DNA from: Nemertoderma westbladi
Lineage: Eukaryota; Animalia; Xenacoelomorpha
DNA: 64,000 nt
Assembly (NCBI GenBank): GCA_032718475.1
Contig: JAUCBJ010001297.1
Coordinates: 60,824-124,823, forward strand
Reading direction: 5' to 3'
Shown here piece after piece: positions 35,201 to 49,136 of the stretch. The translations under genes were made by a program, and so were the position numbers. Below the pieces are notes generated by a model. That model did not search any database and had not been told where the DNA came from. It saw only the letters and a list, made by a program, of their open reading frames with translations. The stretch's first letter is position 1. The number at the start of each line of letters is the position of its first letter.

Positions 35201-37774
35201 CTGATAGGCCTATACCGGTACCAGCACAGCAGTATGACTACAGCATGCAGGGACATAACATATACCCAGGGGAGGGGGGAATTATTGCGGATAGGTGCAT
35301 GGGCCCCAACATATTAACATCAACCCCAGTACCAAACATACCAGTGTGGGGGGGGGGGACAGGGTGACATTCCCCCATCACAATATCAACAATATACCCC
35401 GATAGGAGCAAGAACAACGAGACCCTTGGATGAGAATAAGTCGTGTGACACAGAAATATGGAGGGGGCCGCTACCCCCGATGACATATCCAAGTCAGAGA
35501 AAGTCAAGAAATAGGACGGACGAGCCGCACCAGACAGGAGAAACTATACAGCACCCGTCGAATCCATTGGAAGCGCAGGCGATGGGGATGGCCACGTTGA
35601 TCGATGCGTTGAAAACGAGGATCGAGTTACCACCCGTGGAACCATTCAAATTCGATGGGAGCAGGCCGGAAGAATATCTACAGTTTCGGCGCATGTATAG
35701 TAACGAAATACTAACAAAAAACTTGACACAGGCGGAGTGCCTAAAGTATCTGCAAGTGTACACGGGAGGCCCAGCATACGACATCGTGAGGCAATATCAA
35801 GGAATAGAGGGCGGCTTCACAACAGCATGGCGGGCACTGGATAGGGAATACGGGCACCCGGCCAAGATCATCAGGCAGACGCTGAGAGGCATAACATCGG
35901 GTGGCCTACAGGATAATCCCGTTAGCATTAAGACGTTCGCTAACAAAGTCGAAAAGGCGCTAATCGTGCTGAAGACGCTAGACGCGCCGTACGAGCTCAA
36001 TGCGTCCAACAACATCACCACGATAGCGCGGGCACTACCAAACTGGCTGCGCAACAAGTGGAGGAAAATTGCCTTCTCCACTCGAGATAAGAAGGGTGCG
36101 GAACCGGGTTTAGAAGAAATGTCAAACTTCTTAAACTACGAGGCTGAACTAATAACTGACCCAGTCTATAGCGAAGACAGCCTGGGAAAGGGACCGAAAA
36201 CAGACTACCATAGACCGAAACCAGAGCACAACACATCGAACGCATTACCGAGACTCAGGCAATCATTGCCATATGCAGCGACGCAGGGGACTGCAAGTCC
36301 ACAGCTAGTCGAGGATAAGACAACATCATGGAACGGACAGGGAAACAATAATAACACGAATAAACATAACCCCAGTACGTCCAATAGGCAAAACCCAAAC
36401 AATAAGAATAGTAGGGACTTTGGTACAAACGCAACTGCGATACGCAATGCACTGTATAAAGAGGGCTACGACCCAAAGAGCAAATGTCAGCTACACGCAA
36501 ATGCGCTTCATCAAACTATGAACTGCAGGTACTGGCAGGCGCTACCTAGGCAAGATAAGATAGATTATGCGTTCAGCAATAAAATCTGCTCGCGATGTGT
36601 AATGAGTGGACATAGAGCAAGGGAGTGAAAGGAGAAGCTAATGAAATTTGGTCAAAGGAGAGGCCAAACGATGGCGACGAGCACAGTAGGGGCGAAGAAG
36701 AGAGGAACAGTGCTACTTGGAGTAGTACCAGTACGAGTGATCGGGGAAGGCAATCGATCAGTAACAACACTAATGCTGGTTGATAGTGGAGCTGCCTTCA
36801 CATTAGTCGAGGAATGGGTGGCCGAGGAGATAGGATTGAAAACGAGGCCAAGCAGGATGGCGGTAACAACCATCTCTAGCAAAGATGAGATCCTGGAGAT
36901 GAGAACAGGATGGTGCGCAATTGCAGCAGTGGCACCAGGATGCGACTATGGGGCAATCATCGACCCCATTCAAGTGATAGAGTCAATTAATATCAATGCC
37001 AGGCGGCCAACCAACATCGAGGTCGAGCAGTATAAATTCCTGGACAACATTGACTTCTCAATCCCAGACGTGGACGTTAATAAGGTATCCATCATAGTCG
37101 GTATGGACTGCCCAACGGCCCACGAAAGAATGCAAACGGTCTTCGGCGAAGACAAGCAGAGTGACCCGGTGGCCATATTAACACCATTCGGGTGGACGCT
37201 GAGTGGTCCAATCAAGAGCAAGATACCATTTAGGATGTCGGAGACGTCAGGATGCATGTTCGCGGGAACAATGCAGGAAATGGGTGACGAGGGAGCAGAG
37301 GAGCAGCTCAAAAGACTGCTCAGACAAGATTTCGAGGGACTGAAAGAAACCGGAGTCGGGACCTCAGTAGAAGACAAGCAGGCTCTACAAAGCGTGGAGG
37401 AATCAATGACGTGCGATGAGGGACGGTATACTATAGGAATGGTATGGAAACTACCGAAGATACCGCTGCCCGACAATAGGGGGATGGTACTCACGAGACT
37501 CCGCAAACTGAAACAAACACTAAAACGGAGCCCCGAGAAGAATGAGTACATCCACAGAACAATTAAGAAGTACGTCGAGAAAGGATGGGCCGTGGAGTTA
37601 CCGGTCGACGAGCCGAACACGGATAGAACATATTACCTGCCACTGCACGTGGCTTTAGATCCAAAGAAAGGTAAACTAAGGATGGTAGTCGACGCATCGG
37701 CAAAGACCGACGGAAAGTGCTTAAACGACTACCTGTTGGAAGGCCCAAACATATACAATTCGGGCATAGAGGTG
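32282..37774 (+). pseudogene. gag-pol: gag-protease-RT N-terminus of copy B
   Basis: Fragments 32282-33061, 33558-34538, 34594-35367, 35426-36628 and 36641-37774 are homologous to A; nonsense codons at 33059 and 36626; cut by the Gypsy insertion after YNSGIEV. Confidence 0.92.
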
Positions 37775-37926
37775 TGTAATGTTGGGACTGAATTACAGAA
37801 CTGCAGGACTATAGATACTGAGTAAGACACTGTACATACATAGGTCTTGACTGACTAATATATATAGGTGATGGGCTGGAGCCTTCTTTATTATATTATT
37901 GAACTAAGAAAGAGAATACATTTTAA

Positions 37927-37939
37927 TGGCGACGAGGAT
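37927..37939 (+). promoter_or_regulatory. tRNA primer-binding site TGGCGACGAGGAT
   Basis: Complementary to the 3' end of metazoan tRNA-Ser(GCU) (...ATCCTCGTCGCCA, recalled from memory); a PBS type seen in Mag-group elements. Confidence 0.85.
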
Positions 37940-38026
37940 AAACATACTCACAACTGTTTGATTACTACAGACAGATCTATTCAGGGAAATATATTCTGAA
38001 CTGAAGTTTAATCAAGGCACACGAAA

Positions 38027-38491
38027 ACCATCGTTAACCATCCGCCGAGGTCCAACGACCTATCAATGCGAGTTTAAACCGTCGTTAACTATCCGCCGAG
38101 GTCCAACGACCTAACAACGCGAGTTTAAACCGTCGTTAACTATCCGCCGAGGTCCAACAACCTGACTAGGCGAGTTTAAAACTGTTCTCAACTATCCGCC
38201 AAGGTCCAACGACCTAACAACGCGAGTTTAAACCGCTGTTAACTATCCGCCGAGGTCCAACGACCTATCAATGCGAGTTTAAACCGTCGTTAACTATCCG
38301 CCGAGGTCCAACGACCTAACAACGCGAGTTTAAACCGTCGTTAACTATCCGCCACGGTCCAACGACCTAACAACGCGAGTTTAAAACAGTCATTAACTAT
38401 CTGCCGAGGTCCAACGACCTAACAACGCGAGTTTAAACCGTCGTTAGCTATCCGCCGAGGCCCAACAACCTGACGAGGCGAGTTTAAACCG
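38027..38491 (+). repeat. Nine-copy 51-bp tandem array in the Gypsy 5' UTR
   Basis: TCCGCC-type motif at 38041, 38092, 38143, 38195, 38246, 38297, 38348, 38400 and 38451. Confidence 0.95.
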
Positions 38492-38511
38492 TGTAGTCTA
38501 AACCAAAAAAC

Positions 38512-41500
38512 ATGGCTACAAATATTCAACCACCAGCGGAGATAGATTTAGATTCGGGTGGAGATCCGGCTGCAATTTGGGAAGAATGGAGTGAAAATAT
38601 TGAACTGTTCTTTATAGCAGCGCAGCGCACAGAGGAAGCCGATAAACTCGCATTGCTGAAATATATAGGAGGGAAGCGCATAAGAGATGTATTAAAAACT
38701 CTACCAAAGGTAGAAAGTTATCAACAGGCTAAATCGGAATTAGATTCACATTTTGAAGCTAAACGAAATGAGTGTTTTGAGAGACATAAATTTAGATGTT
38801 TTATTCAAGAAGATGAGGAATCAATGCTGAGTTTTGTTACTCGGCTTAAAACAGCCGCATTGCACTGCAAATTCGAAGAATATAATCTCGAAAAGGCAAT
38901 TATAGATCAAATTATAGACAAGTGTAGCAACAAGAAATTAAGAAAAACTTTCTTAAAGGAACAACAAATCACGTTGGAATCTATTCTAAGGACTGCATAT
39001 GCTGTTGAATCAGCAAATGCTCATGCTGCAGAAATTGAGGGCTCCGGCAATACAACAGAAGTCAACAAGATTTCAAAATATAAGACAAGGCCAGAAAAAT
39101 ATCAGTCAACTTGGCAAAACAAGAGAAATATTCAATGCTATGGGTGTGGAAGTTCAGGTCATCTACATGGTGATAAATCATGCCCAGCTCTTGGAAAAAA
39201 ATGTAATTATTGCCAACGTGTTAACCATTTTGCTAACATGTGTCGATCAACTGGTCCTCAGCAAAGAACAAAAGCAATATTGGAGGATATAGTTTCTGAT
39301 GATGACGATGGGCAGCTACATACTGTAGAAACCAAAATACAACAGCTAGAAGTAGACTCAGACAGTGACGATGACACATATATTTTTAAGATTTCTAAGA
39401 ACATCAGAGAAACTCTTATTGAAATTGATGGATACTCAGTGGGTATGCTTGCTGATTCAGGATCGGATGTAAATATGGTAGATGGTAAGACATACAAAGA
39501 AATACTGAATGCAAACCGAAAAATTACAATGACAAAAACCACTGCAAAACCAAAGGCTTATGGACAAATTGAACCTATTCCTCTGCAGGGAGAGTTTTTC
39601 GCTGTAATCTCATGTGGCAAAAACCGAACTCCAGCACGAATCTTAGTCACAGAACATGAAACTACAGGAAACATTCTTAGCAAACATTCTTCCAAACAAT
39701 TGGGATTGATAAAATTGCAAGAAGATAACATAAGGAATATAAATGGAATAATGTCTCCAATAGAACAATATCCTGACCTTTTTAATGGGATAGGAAGACT
39801 AAGAGGTACAGAATTAAAACTCAATATTAACCATGATGTTGAACCTGTGGCCCAGCCAGTTAGACGTGTGCCTTTCCACACAAAGAAAATAGTACAAGAA
39901 AAAATCAAAGAAATGCTGAGACAGGACATGATTGAACCAGTATATGGGCCAACCCCGTGGGTTTCTCCGATAGTTGTTGAACCAAAACCAGATGGCGATA
40001 TACGACTGTGTGTCGATTTACGCCAGGTGAATAGGGCAATAACAAGAAGTCGATTTCCAATTCCAACACGTGAAGAATTGATAGAAAGAGTGAATGGTTC
40101 TTGCATATTCTCCAAACTAGATCTAAGATCTTATTTCCATCAAATTCCTTTACACCCAGATTCTCGTGAGATTACCACATTCTCAACGTCGGATGGGATC
40201 TATCGCTATAAGGTCCTGGTAATGGGGATTGCATCAGCATCTGAGGATGGCCAAAGAATATTATCAAAAATATTGGCCGGAATACAAAATTGCAATAATC
40301 TCCAGGATGATATACTAATATGGGGTAAAGACAAAAAAACCCATGATAACACACTCGACGAAGTACTGAAGACGTTGCAAAAGTTTAACCTAACTTTGAA
40401 GCCAGAAAAGTGTATATTTGGTGTAACTGAAGTAGAGTTCTTTGGGTTGAGGATCTCTAAAAATGGGGTACAGCCACTTGAGTCACATATAGAAGCAGTC
40501 ACTTCTTTTGTAGAACCAAATAATGTGGCTGAAGTGAGAAGCTTCATGGGACTCGTCAATTATATGGGCCAGTTTATACAAGATCTCGCCACCATCTCGG
40601 AACCAATCCAAGCTTTAACTCGAAAGAATTCAAAATGGAAATGGGAGGCACAGGAGAAGTGTGCATTTGAAAAATTGAAGCAGAGAGTCACATCTATTGA
40701 TGTCATGGGGCATTATGATATCAATAAAGATACCCATTTAATAGTAGATGCTAGTCCTGTGGGAGTCGGAGCTATCCTAATGCAAGAATGCAATGATAAA
40801 TTTCTGCCAATATCCTATGCATCAAAATGCCTCACAAATGTAGAGCGGCGATATAGCCAGTTGGAAAGGGAAGCATTGGCAGTAACATGGGCCTGTGGAA
40901 AGTTTCATTTGTATCTATATGGTACAACTTTCAATATTTGGTCTGACCACAAACCATTAAAATACATATTTTCCCCAACCGGAAAGCCATCCCCAAGAGT
41001 CAGCGCTGGGCATTATTGTTACAACAATATTCGTTCAACATAAAGTTTATCAAAGGGGCCGAAAATCCAGCAGATATACTTTCCAGAAAGCCACATGGCG
41101 AAATAACCCTAAGTAAGGAGCAGATCATGGCAGAAACATATATAAATAGTATAATAGCAAATGCCGTTCCACGAGCGATCTCCCTCAGTGAAATAATTGA
41201 AATGTCCCTGAAAGACACTGAAATAACTGAAGTCGGTAAGATGATGGAATCAGGACTCTGGGATGCTAGCCATCCATTATATCGTGTGAAAGATGAACTA
41301 TGCTTCAAAAGAGGTCTCTTGATGAGGGGAAACAGGATTGTCATACCAAAGGAACTGCGTCGTAGCATATTAAAAATTGCTCATGAGACCCATCCAGGAA
41401 TTGTACGGACCAAAGCATTACTTAGAACAAAGGTATGGTGGCCAGGTATTGATGCTGCAGTGGAAGTCTTGGTCAGAAACTGTATTCCATGCCAAGCACA

Positions 41501-42551
41501 ACGGGATACCCAGGGGCATGAACCACTGATAATGAGTGAAATGGGAAGACCATGGGAGAGACTACACATCGATTTATGTGGACCGTTGCCTTCAGGGGAA
41601 TACATAATTGGAATAATTGATGCATCATCGAGATGGCCTGAATTATTCACATCAAGAACTACAGTCACAGAAAAGTTAATAGAATGTTTGGAAACTTGTA
41701 TAGCCAGTCATGGGGTTCCAGACGTATTAATATCAGATAATGGGCCACAGTTTCGTTCGAAACAATTCAAGCGATTTTGCAAAGAATGGGGTATAATGCA
41801 TCAAAAAACTGCACCATATCACCCACAAACCAATGGGGAAATTGAACGACTATGGCGCCCTTTAATGAAATCGATCCGTGCTGCTAGAACAGAGGGTAAA
41901 GACTGGAAACAAGCTATAAGGAAATTTCTAATGGTATATAGAAATATACCCCATACAAGTACTGGGAAGACCCCATCAGAATTATTGGGAAGAGTTCCAA
42001 AAACAAAACTGCCTTGTATTGTGGGAAATGAGTTACAATTGCCAATGTTTCAAGAAGCAATACAGAGGGATACAATGATGAAGGAAAAAGTGAAGATATA
42101 TGCAGACAGGAAGAATAAAGAGAAAAAGATTCATCCAGGCGATATGGTTTTAATACAACAACACAAGCAAAATAAGTTCACAACTAGATTTGACCCAAAT
42201 CCTTTCCAAGTTCAAGAGAAAAAGGGAACGGCGCTGATTCTGAGAAGAGGAAACGAGGTAAAGATGAGAAACACGAGTAAAGTGTTACCCATACCGGACA
42301 GAAATGAGAGAGATAAGGGGGATGATAATATTGATGATGATAATATTGACAGTGATGAGTGTGATAGTATGCATGAAGATATTAATAATGGATTAGAAAA
42401 CCAACCCTTACGAGACGAATTGGGACAGGATGTGTGTCATACACCCCCAGTACCAGGCCAAATACAACAGCCTCCTCAATCCCAAGGAAAAGGCTGGTGT
42501 GATATTGACTCGAGGAATATTATCGTAGGGTCACGGAAGAGGAAGAAATAA
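38512..42551 (+). CDS. gag-pol: Gypsy (Mag-like) Gag-Pol with a single frameshift at ~41000
   Basis: Tandem knuckles CYGC..H..C / CNYC..H..C, protease LADSGS, RT RLCVDLR/FSKLDL/LQDD, RNase H VDAS..G.GA/YSQLEREALA/SDHKPL; second frame NPAD.LSR, H..HPG..C..C, HIDLCGP, SDNGPQF, NGEIER. Adding 1 nt restores the RWALLLQQY motif. Confidence 0.93.
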
Positions 42552-42767
42552 TTAAGACTGATATAACGGATTTATTATTAGAATAATCCTTTGTTTAAAC
42601 GAGAAGAGTGATGTAATGTTGGGACTGAATTACAGAACTGCAGGACTATAGATACTGAGTAAGACACTGTACATACATAGGTCTTGACTGACTAATATAT
42701 ATAGGTGATGGGCTGGAGCCTTCTTTATTATATTATTGAACTAAGAAAGAGAATACATTTTAAGGTG

Positions 42768-45404
42768 TTACTTAGATTTCGAAATGGGAAACACGCCTTC
42801 ACGTGTGACATAGAAGGCATGTTCAACCAAGTCCGTGTAACGGAAGAAGATAGCGACAGTCAACGCTTCTTATGGTATAACGGCGAAGAAGAACCGCCGA
42901 TAATACCAGCATATAAGATGATAGTACAGAACATGGGGGCCAAGTCGTCTTCATTTACGACGACTATGGCAGTGAGAGACACAGTAAAGGCGAAGGAAGA
43001 TAGATACAGCAGTAGGGCCGTCGATATGATTCGACGCGGCTTCTACGTAGACGACGGAATGGAGTCTGGAAATACGGTTAAGGAGATACTGGATACAGGG
43101 CGCGAGGTTCGCGACATCCTAAAAGGATCCGGCTTTAACCTGACCAAATTCCAATCCAGTTCGGAAGAATTTATCAAAGCCATAGAGGACAGGAAAGCAG
43201 AATCGACCATGGATAATCCCACAACAGCCAAAGGGCAGGACATGGCGATTAATAGAACGGAATCCCAGCAGAAGGCATTGGGAATCGTGTGGGATAGAGA
43301 GACAGACGAACTGAAGTATCAGCTGAGCCAGGAGGGCGCAGACACCCATACGAAGAGGGGCTATGTATCGTATATAGCAAGGATATACGATCCCCTAGGC
43401 CTAGCATCCCCATTATTAGTCACGGGGAAACAGATACTCAAGAGAGTATACAAATTGAAAGATGAGTGGGACGTAGAGGTACCAGAGGAAATCAAGAAAC
43501 AGTGGAGCAAGTGGACAGGAAACTTGGAGAAGATGGGAACATACAACATGCCAAGGGTGTATTTCCCGGATGGGAACATGACGAATCTGGACCTACACAT
43601 GTTCTCCGACGCGTCGTTGGAAGCGTACGGAGCGGCACTCTACTTAGTACAATGAGAGGGGGCTCATAAGCCAAGGCTAGCCTTTAGCAAAGCAAAGTCA
43701 ACGCCGCCAGATTCAGCATCAGTTCCCAAGTTAGAATTGACAGCTGCGAGACTAGGAGTTAGAGCCACAGCCTACCTAGTGGATACTATTCCCAACATAG
43801 TGGAGACGCACTATGTTGGGAATCAGAAGTATCAGAAGGAGAAGAGGGAGATTCAGAGGGAGAAGAGATATACTCCCAGATGGTGAGGGAGATTAGGGAC
43901 GTGCAACCAGGAAGGGAACTGTGCGATAACCCAACGGATAAACTCCTCAGCTACAGTTCTAGTTGGTATAAGACCAAGAAACTAGTGGCGTACTGGAGAG
44001 CCTTCGGGAATTTCCTTGTGGGAGTTGGCAAGGACAAGAAGATCAGAACAACCATAGATCTGGAAGGAGCGGCCAAGGCAGTGATCCGCTATGAACAACG
44101 GAAGAACTACGGCGACGAGGTGGGACGCGTCGGTAACCAACAGCACCTCCGACGGGACAGCGAGCTGATTACGCTGTCGCCACAACTCAATGACGACGGG
44201 ATTCTAGTAATGAATTCTAGGGTGGGATACAACAACAGCATAGTGGTACCACCAAAACCCATCATCATTCCTACAGGATCGCCAATAGTCCACCAGATTA
44301 TATGGGACTCCCACAAATCGATATTGCATGGGGGCACCAACCGAACCCTCGCAGAGATAAGGAGGACCTATTGCGTCAAACAATTAAGAAAGAGGGTTAA
44401 AGCGGTAGTGGGGCAGTGCCAGACCTGCCGACGGGCGAAGAAGGAGCGAGCCGTACAGGAGATGGCGCCACTACCGGCGAGTAGGGTAAGACAGCACGAC
44501 CCGCCATTTACGCATTGCGGTGTGGACATGTTCGGGCCGATAAAGATCAAAGTGATGCGACACACGGAGAAACGCTACGGCATTATCTTCGTATGCAACA
44601 ATACGCGGGCGGTCGGGATAGAACTCGCCCAAGATGCAACCGCATCAGCGTTCATTAATGCCTTAGAAAGGTTTAGGGATCGCAGTGATATACAGCGACA
44701 ACGGCACCAACTTTGTGGGCGCAGAGAGTGAGATGGCAGAGGCCTTGGACATCTTGGAGGGAGAAGAAGTCAGGGCAGCCATGAGAAGACGACAAGTAAA
44801 GTGGGAGAGAAGGACGCCGTATGCACCGCATACACTAGGATGCGTCGAGAGACTGGTGGGCAGTTCAAAGCGTCTAATGACGAAGCTAATGAACACCCAC
44901 ATGGTCACCGAGGATGTCTTACGTACAGTACTTGCGAAGTGCGAGGGGATCATTAATAGCAGACCGCTATATCCGGAGAATGATGACCCTGAGTCACTAG
45001 ACGTGCTAACGCCTAGCCATTTCCTAATGGAGAGGCCAGCGACCATCGATATGCGGGGTGTAGACCCAGATGACATACACTCCCGCCAAAGTTGGAAAGT
45101 CGCTAAAGCAATAAGCGCAGAGTATTGGAGGAGGTGGGTCGAGGAATACCTACCCACACTCCATAAACGAAGCAAGTGGAGGAAGTCAAACAGGGAGTTA
45201 AGAGAGGGAGATCTCGTAATCGTTACGGATGATACCATCATCAACAACCAATGGCGGTTGGCGAGAGTTGTGGGCACCTACTCCGACGAGGATGGAAGAG
45301 TCCGATCGGTAGAAGTGCGGATAGGTGGAAAGATAGGTGCGAAGGACAGAAAAACCTACAGGAGAGCTGTAGGTAAATGCTGTCTATTAGAAGGGGCACC
45401 TTAG
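42768..45404 (+). pseudogene. pol: Remainder of pol of copy B
   Basis: Resumes LLRFRNGK; TGA at 43653, deletion of the RNase H C-terminus at ~43814, frameshifting deletion at ~44678 in the integrase. Confidence 0.93.
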
Positions 45405-45519
45405 CAGAGTTAGAGAAAAGTTTAGTCGTCCAAGTTTTGGACTGAGGGGGGTGGGATTGAGGGCGAGACGCCCTTTCCACATATAAAATTTGAAAAATAA
45501 AATAAAAATAAAATAATAG

Positions 45520-46180
45520 TTAGTTAGTAGGTACGTAGTACCTAGAGTTAGTTAGTTAGTTAGGAGGTACGTAGTACCGCCAGCTAGAGAGTTAGTTAGA
45601 GGGTACGTAAGTACCGTTAGTTAGTTAGTTAGTTAGGAGGTACGTAGTACCGCCAGCTAGAGAGTTAGTTAGAGGGTACGTAAGTACCGTTAGTTAGTTA
45701 GTTAGTTAGGAGGTACGTAGTACCGCCAGCTAGAGAGTTAGTTAGAGGGTACGTAGTACCGCTAGTTAGTTAGAGTTAGAGGGTACGTAGTACCGCTAGT
45801 TAGCTAGAGTTAGAGGGTACGTAGTACCGATAGTTAGTTAGAGAGTTAGAGGGTACGTAGTACCGATAGTTAGTTAGAGAGTTAGAGGGTACGTAGTACC
45901 GATAGTTAGTTAGAGAGTTAGAGGGTACGTAGTACCGTTAGTTAGAGAAGAGTTAGAGGGTACGTAGTACCGTTAGTTAGAGGAGAGTTAGAGGGTACGT
46001 AGTACCGTTAGTTAGTTAGTTAGAATTAGAGTTAGAGGGTACGTAGTACCGTTAGTTAGAGAAGAGTTAGAGGGTACGTAGTACCGTTAGTTAGAGGAGA
46101 GTTAGAGGGTACGTAGTACCGTTAGTTAGTTAGAATTAGAGTTAGAGGGTACGTAGTACCGTTAGTTAGAAGAGAGAGAG
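45520..46180 (+). repeat. Expanded GAGGGTACGTAGTACC/GTTA tandem array of copy B
   Basis: Same core as 10550-10915, with more units and a higher-order repeat structure. Confidence 0.93.
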
Positions 46181-46658
46181 TAAGAGGTAAAAGGGGTATA
46201 TAAGATATAGATATTAGTTAGCAGTTAGTAGCGAGAGGGGGCATATGAGTACAGCTGGATAAATCGTGTGGCCACACGACACATACTGCTGTACTGCATA
46301 GACCCACGGAGTAGGCCAGAATGTGGATTAGAGAATAGAATAATCCATAGGCAGTAGTAAGTAGTAGGACAGTAGAATCAAAGTAAATAAATAAATAAAT
46401 AGAATAGGGCTGAAAGTTGTAAAATAGTGGCAACAAAAGGGAAGTTATTCTAGAACACAATAAAAGTAACGGACAGAAATTGTAAATTACGCTCATTTAC
46501 TAGCTTCAAAATTAATTAAGAATAATTTAGGTTAAAAAGGCGCAGTTAAGTAGGAAATAGGCCATTATCGAACTGTACAGAACATCCTAGATACATCACT
46601 CATCTGTATTGCGCCTTGGTAAGGCACCACCTTGCAGGTGAGCGAGTGAACGTTCGGA

Positions 46659-49136
46659 ATGGCGAGTAAGTTGATCAGAAAGAGAAAGGCGGAGTCAGGA
46701 GGAAAGGAGATACTGGTGGATTTCACCGAGAGGCATCCGGAAGAGAAGACGAGAGGATACTACGAGAGGTTGGAAAGGGGTCACGCGGCACGAGCGCTGC
46801 AGGATCACTTCCGGGAGGCGCACGAACAGCGGCTGGTCGGGACCTACGGGACCCCGTCGCTGGACAACGCGATCTTCCAACACTTCCACTACGTGGTAAA
46901 AGGGGACGAGGCGAAGTTCGGGATTCCGAAATACCCGAGGGAATCACCGAGGAAGGACTGGAAGAGATTCATAGAGTCCGTCAACAGAGGAGGATATATG
47001 ATCCTAGATGACGAGGGAACCGTGGAAGACGAGGCGGGTTCGAGACGAGGAACGGCAGGGTTGGCCAGGACCATACTCCTACATTTGGCCGCGCCAAATG
47101 GGGACATCTTCTTATTCGACCTAGGGACGTATGGGAAGAAGGACGGACCGAAATTAGACCGATTACCGAAAGCGGTACAAGTCTTAGTAAGAGAGAAGTC
47201 GACGACGAAAGTGGGATCGGCGATTCGCGAGGACGCGGAGAGGATCATCGGTCCGGACGCCACCAACCTCCTGGATATGCAGAAAGTCTTTATGGCTATG
47301 ACGGCACCGGATGGATTGGGGGTAGTCGAAAACACAGGCCAATGCGGGGCGGTGGCGATGGGCCAATTATTGGGGCTCGTATGCCACAAACCGATGGACT
47401 GGGGGAAGTTTAGGGAAGAATACGGAGCAGAACTAGCGAACTCGCTAAAGTGGGGAGCGAGACCGGGAAAGCAGGAGGTATATCAGTTCCACAGGGGAGC
47501 GATAAAGGTATATCAGAAGCGATATATCCTGCAGGAGGACTGGATGATGATAAGTTTGCTTAACTTATTCATGACCGTGATTATCGAGAGGGAACCAGGG
47601 GCATTTCTGTTATCGGGATCACCCCTAAGCTACAGGAGAGCCTTTAAAGTGGCCTTTGACGGTCTGGTAGACCACCCGGGGCTGAAGGGCGAGTCGGTGT
47701 ACTACAACAGCCGACATCTGGTAGACGGGGAGACAGATACACCGTATCAGAGATGGGAGCAGCTAGAGACGGATAGACGAGAAGCAAAGCGACTGGAAGA
47801 AGTCGCTAGACGGGAGAGGATAGAAGCAGAGGAGAGGGAAGAGGAGGCCAGGACACAGAGTTACGGCTTCGAGGAACAGGCGGGCCTAGACGAACTTCAT
47901 TGGACTTCGTCAGGGAGTTCGGGGGAGTCTCTAGGGCGAGAATTGGGATGGACGGTGGGATCGCCGAAACAGTCGACGTCGGGGTTGCAAACGATGCCCA
48001 TACCAGCGGGCGCCGAGGGCGACCAACCGCCAAGGAAGTTAAGGGATACCGGGATTGGAGACACTACCGGAAGATGAGGACGACGACGACGAGTTCGGAG
48101 AGATGCCGCCCATCGAGAGGATAGGCCACTCGGACACGGACTGGGTTGGCGGAAGGGTGGTGACGGCCAGTGGGGCGAGGGCCTTCTGGAACAGATCCGG
48201 CAAGCGGACCTGGGTGCACGAGGAGCCGGCGATGGATTTCGCGGGGAGCACCATCAGGTTGGGCGAGCAACCAGGGACGGCACCACGGATAGTATTCGGG
48301 GAGACGATGCCCGAGAGGGGCGGAGAGATCGACGTAGACAGGGAGACCAACGTAGAGAAGTTCGCCTACCAGCGACTCCACAGACCGCGGAGATCGCTTG
48401 GGACGAAAGACGATGTGGGACGGGAGACATTGGTACTCGGCTGCGATTACTGTGGGAGACAAACCCATCGGGAAAGCAGCTGCCTATACCGGTTCCAACA
48501 GGGAACCTTTTGTCTCTACTGCAGAGAACCAAGCCACAGGATGGGGGCATGTCCACGGTTGCATAACCGATGTCCAAAGTGCCACTTTCGGGGACACTAC
48601 GGACGCGAGTGCGACTGGATGAACGACGAGGAGAAGTTCACGAGATTCGAGGAGTGGGCCGACGTCGGGGCCATGACGCGCCAGCGCATGAATGCCCAGG
48701 AGTTCAAGTGGGGTTTCTTCCTTATCAATCAGGAGACTCACATGGAAATCATAAAGCGGAGGCTACCGTTTACCTACCAAGAGGTAGCAACGGCGGCGTC
48801 GTACGCTGGAGTGATGAACACGCAAAGGTATCTGGACAGGTGGACGCCAGAGAACCGAAGGGAGTTTAGGGATTTCTTGGTGGAGCACGTACCAAAGGCA
48901 ATGAAAATGATCCTATGGGACGCCACTAGAGGGAGACAACCGGGCCATTCTGAGGGGCCGGGCGATATCGGGCACTAATAACACCAGCGCCCAAGGAGCC
49001 AACGACCGGGATCAGCAAGGAAGTGGCGGCGAAGGTCCGAAAGCAGAAAGCGGATGATGCCAGAGGAACGGTGATAACCAAGAAACGACCCAGGGAAGAG
49101 GACGCCAGGGGGAACTACCCCCGGAGGAACAGATAG
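46659..49136 (+). pseudogene. Extra exonuclease/zinc-knuckle ORF of copy B
   Basis: ORFs 46659-48077 and 48055-48978 are near-identical to A, including ILDDEG, KVGSAIRED, YILQED and 3 CCHC; deletions at ~48043 and ~48960. Confidence 0.8.

Larger units (their letters stand above)
37775..42763 (+). mobile_element. Ty3/Gypsy LTR retrotransposon, Mag-like, inserted in the RT of copy B
   Basis: Two apparently identical ~152-bp LTRs (37775-37926, 42612-42763); TSD GGTG (or AGGTG); PBS; purine tract GAGAAGAGTGA before the 3' LTR. Confidence 0.96.

Noticed and set aside
38027-38491. CRISPR-like regular repeats
   Set aside because: Units are contiguous near-identical 51-mers with no unique spacers, inside a eukaryotic retrotransposon UTR, with no cas genes.
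41000-41043. Programmed frameshift in the Gypsy pol
   Set aside because: It falls within the RNase H C-terminal RW motif with no slippery site; a 1-nt deletion or sequencing error is more likely.
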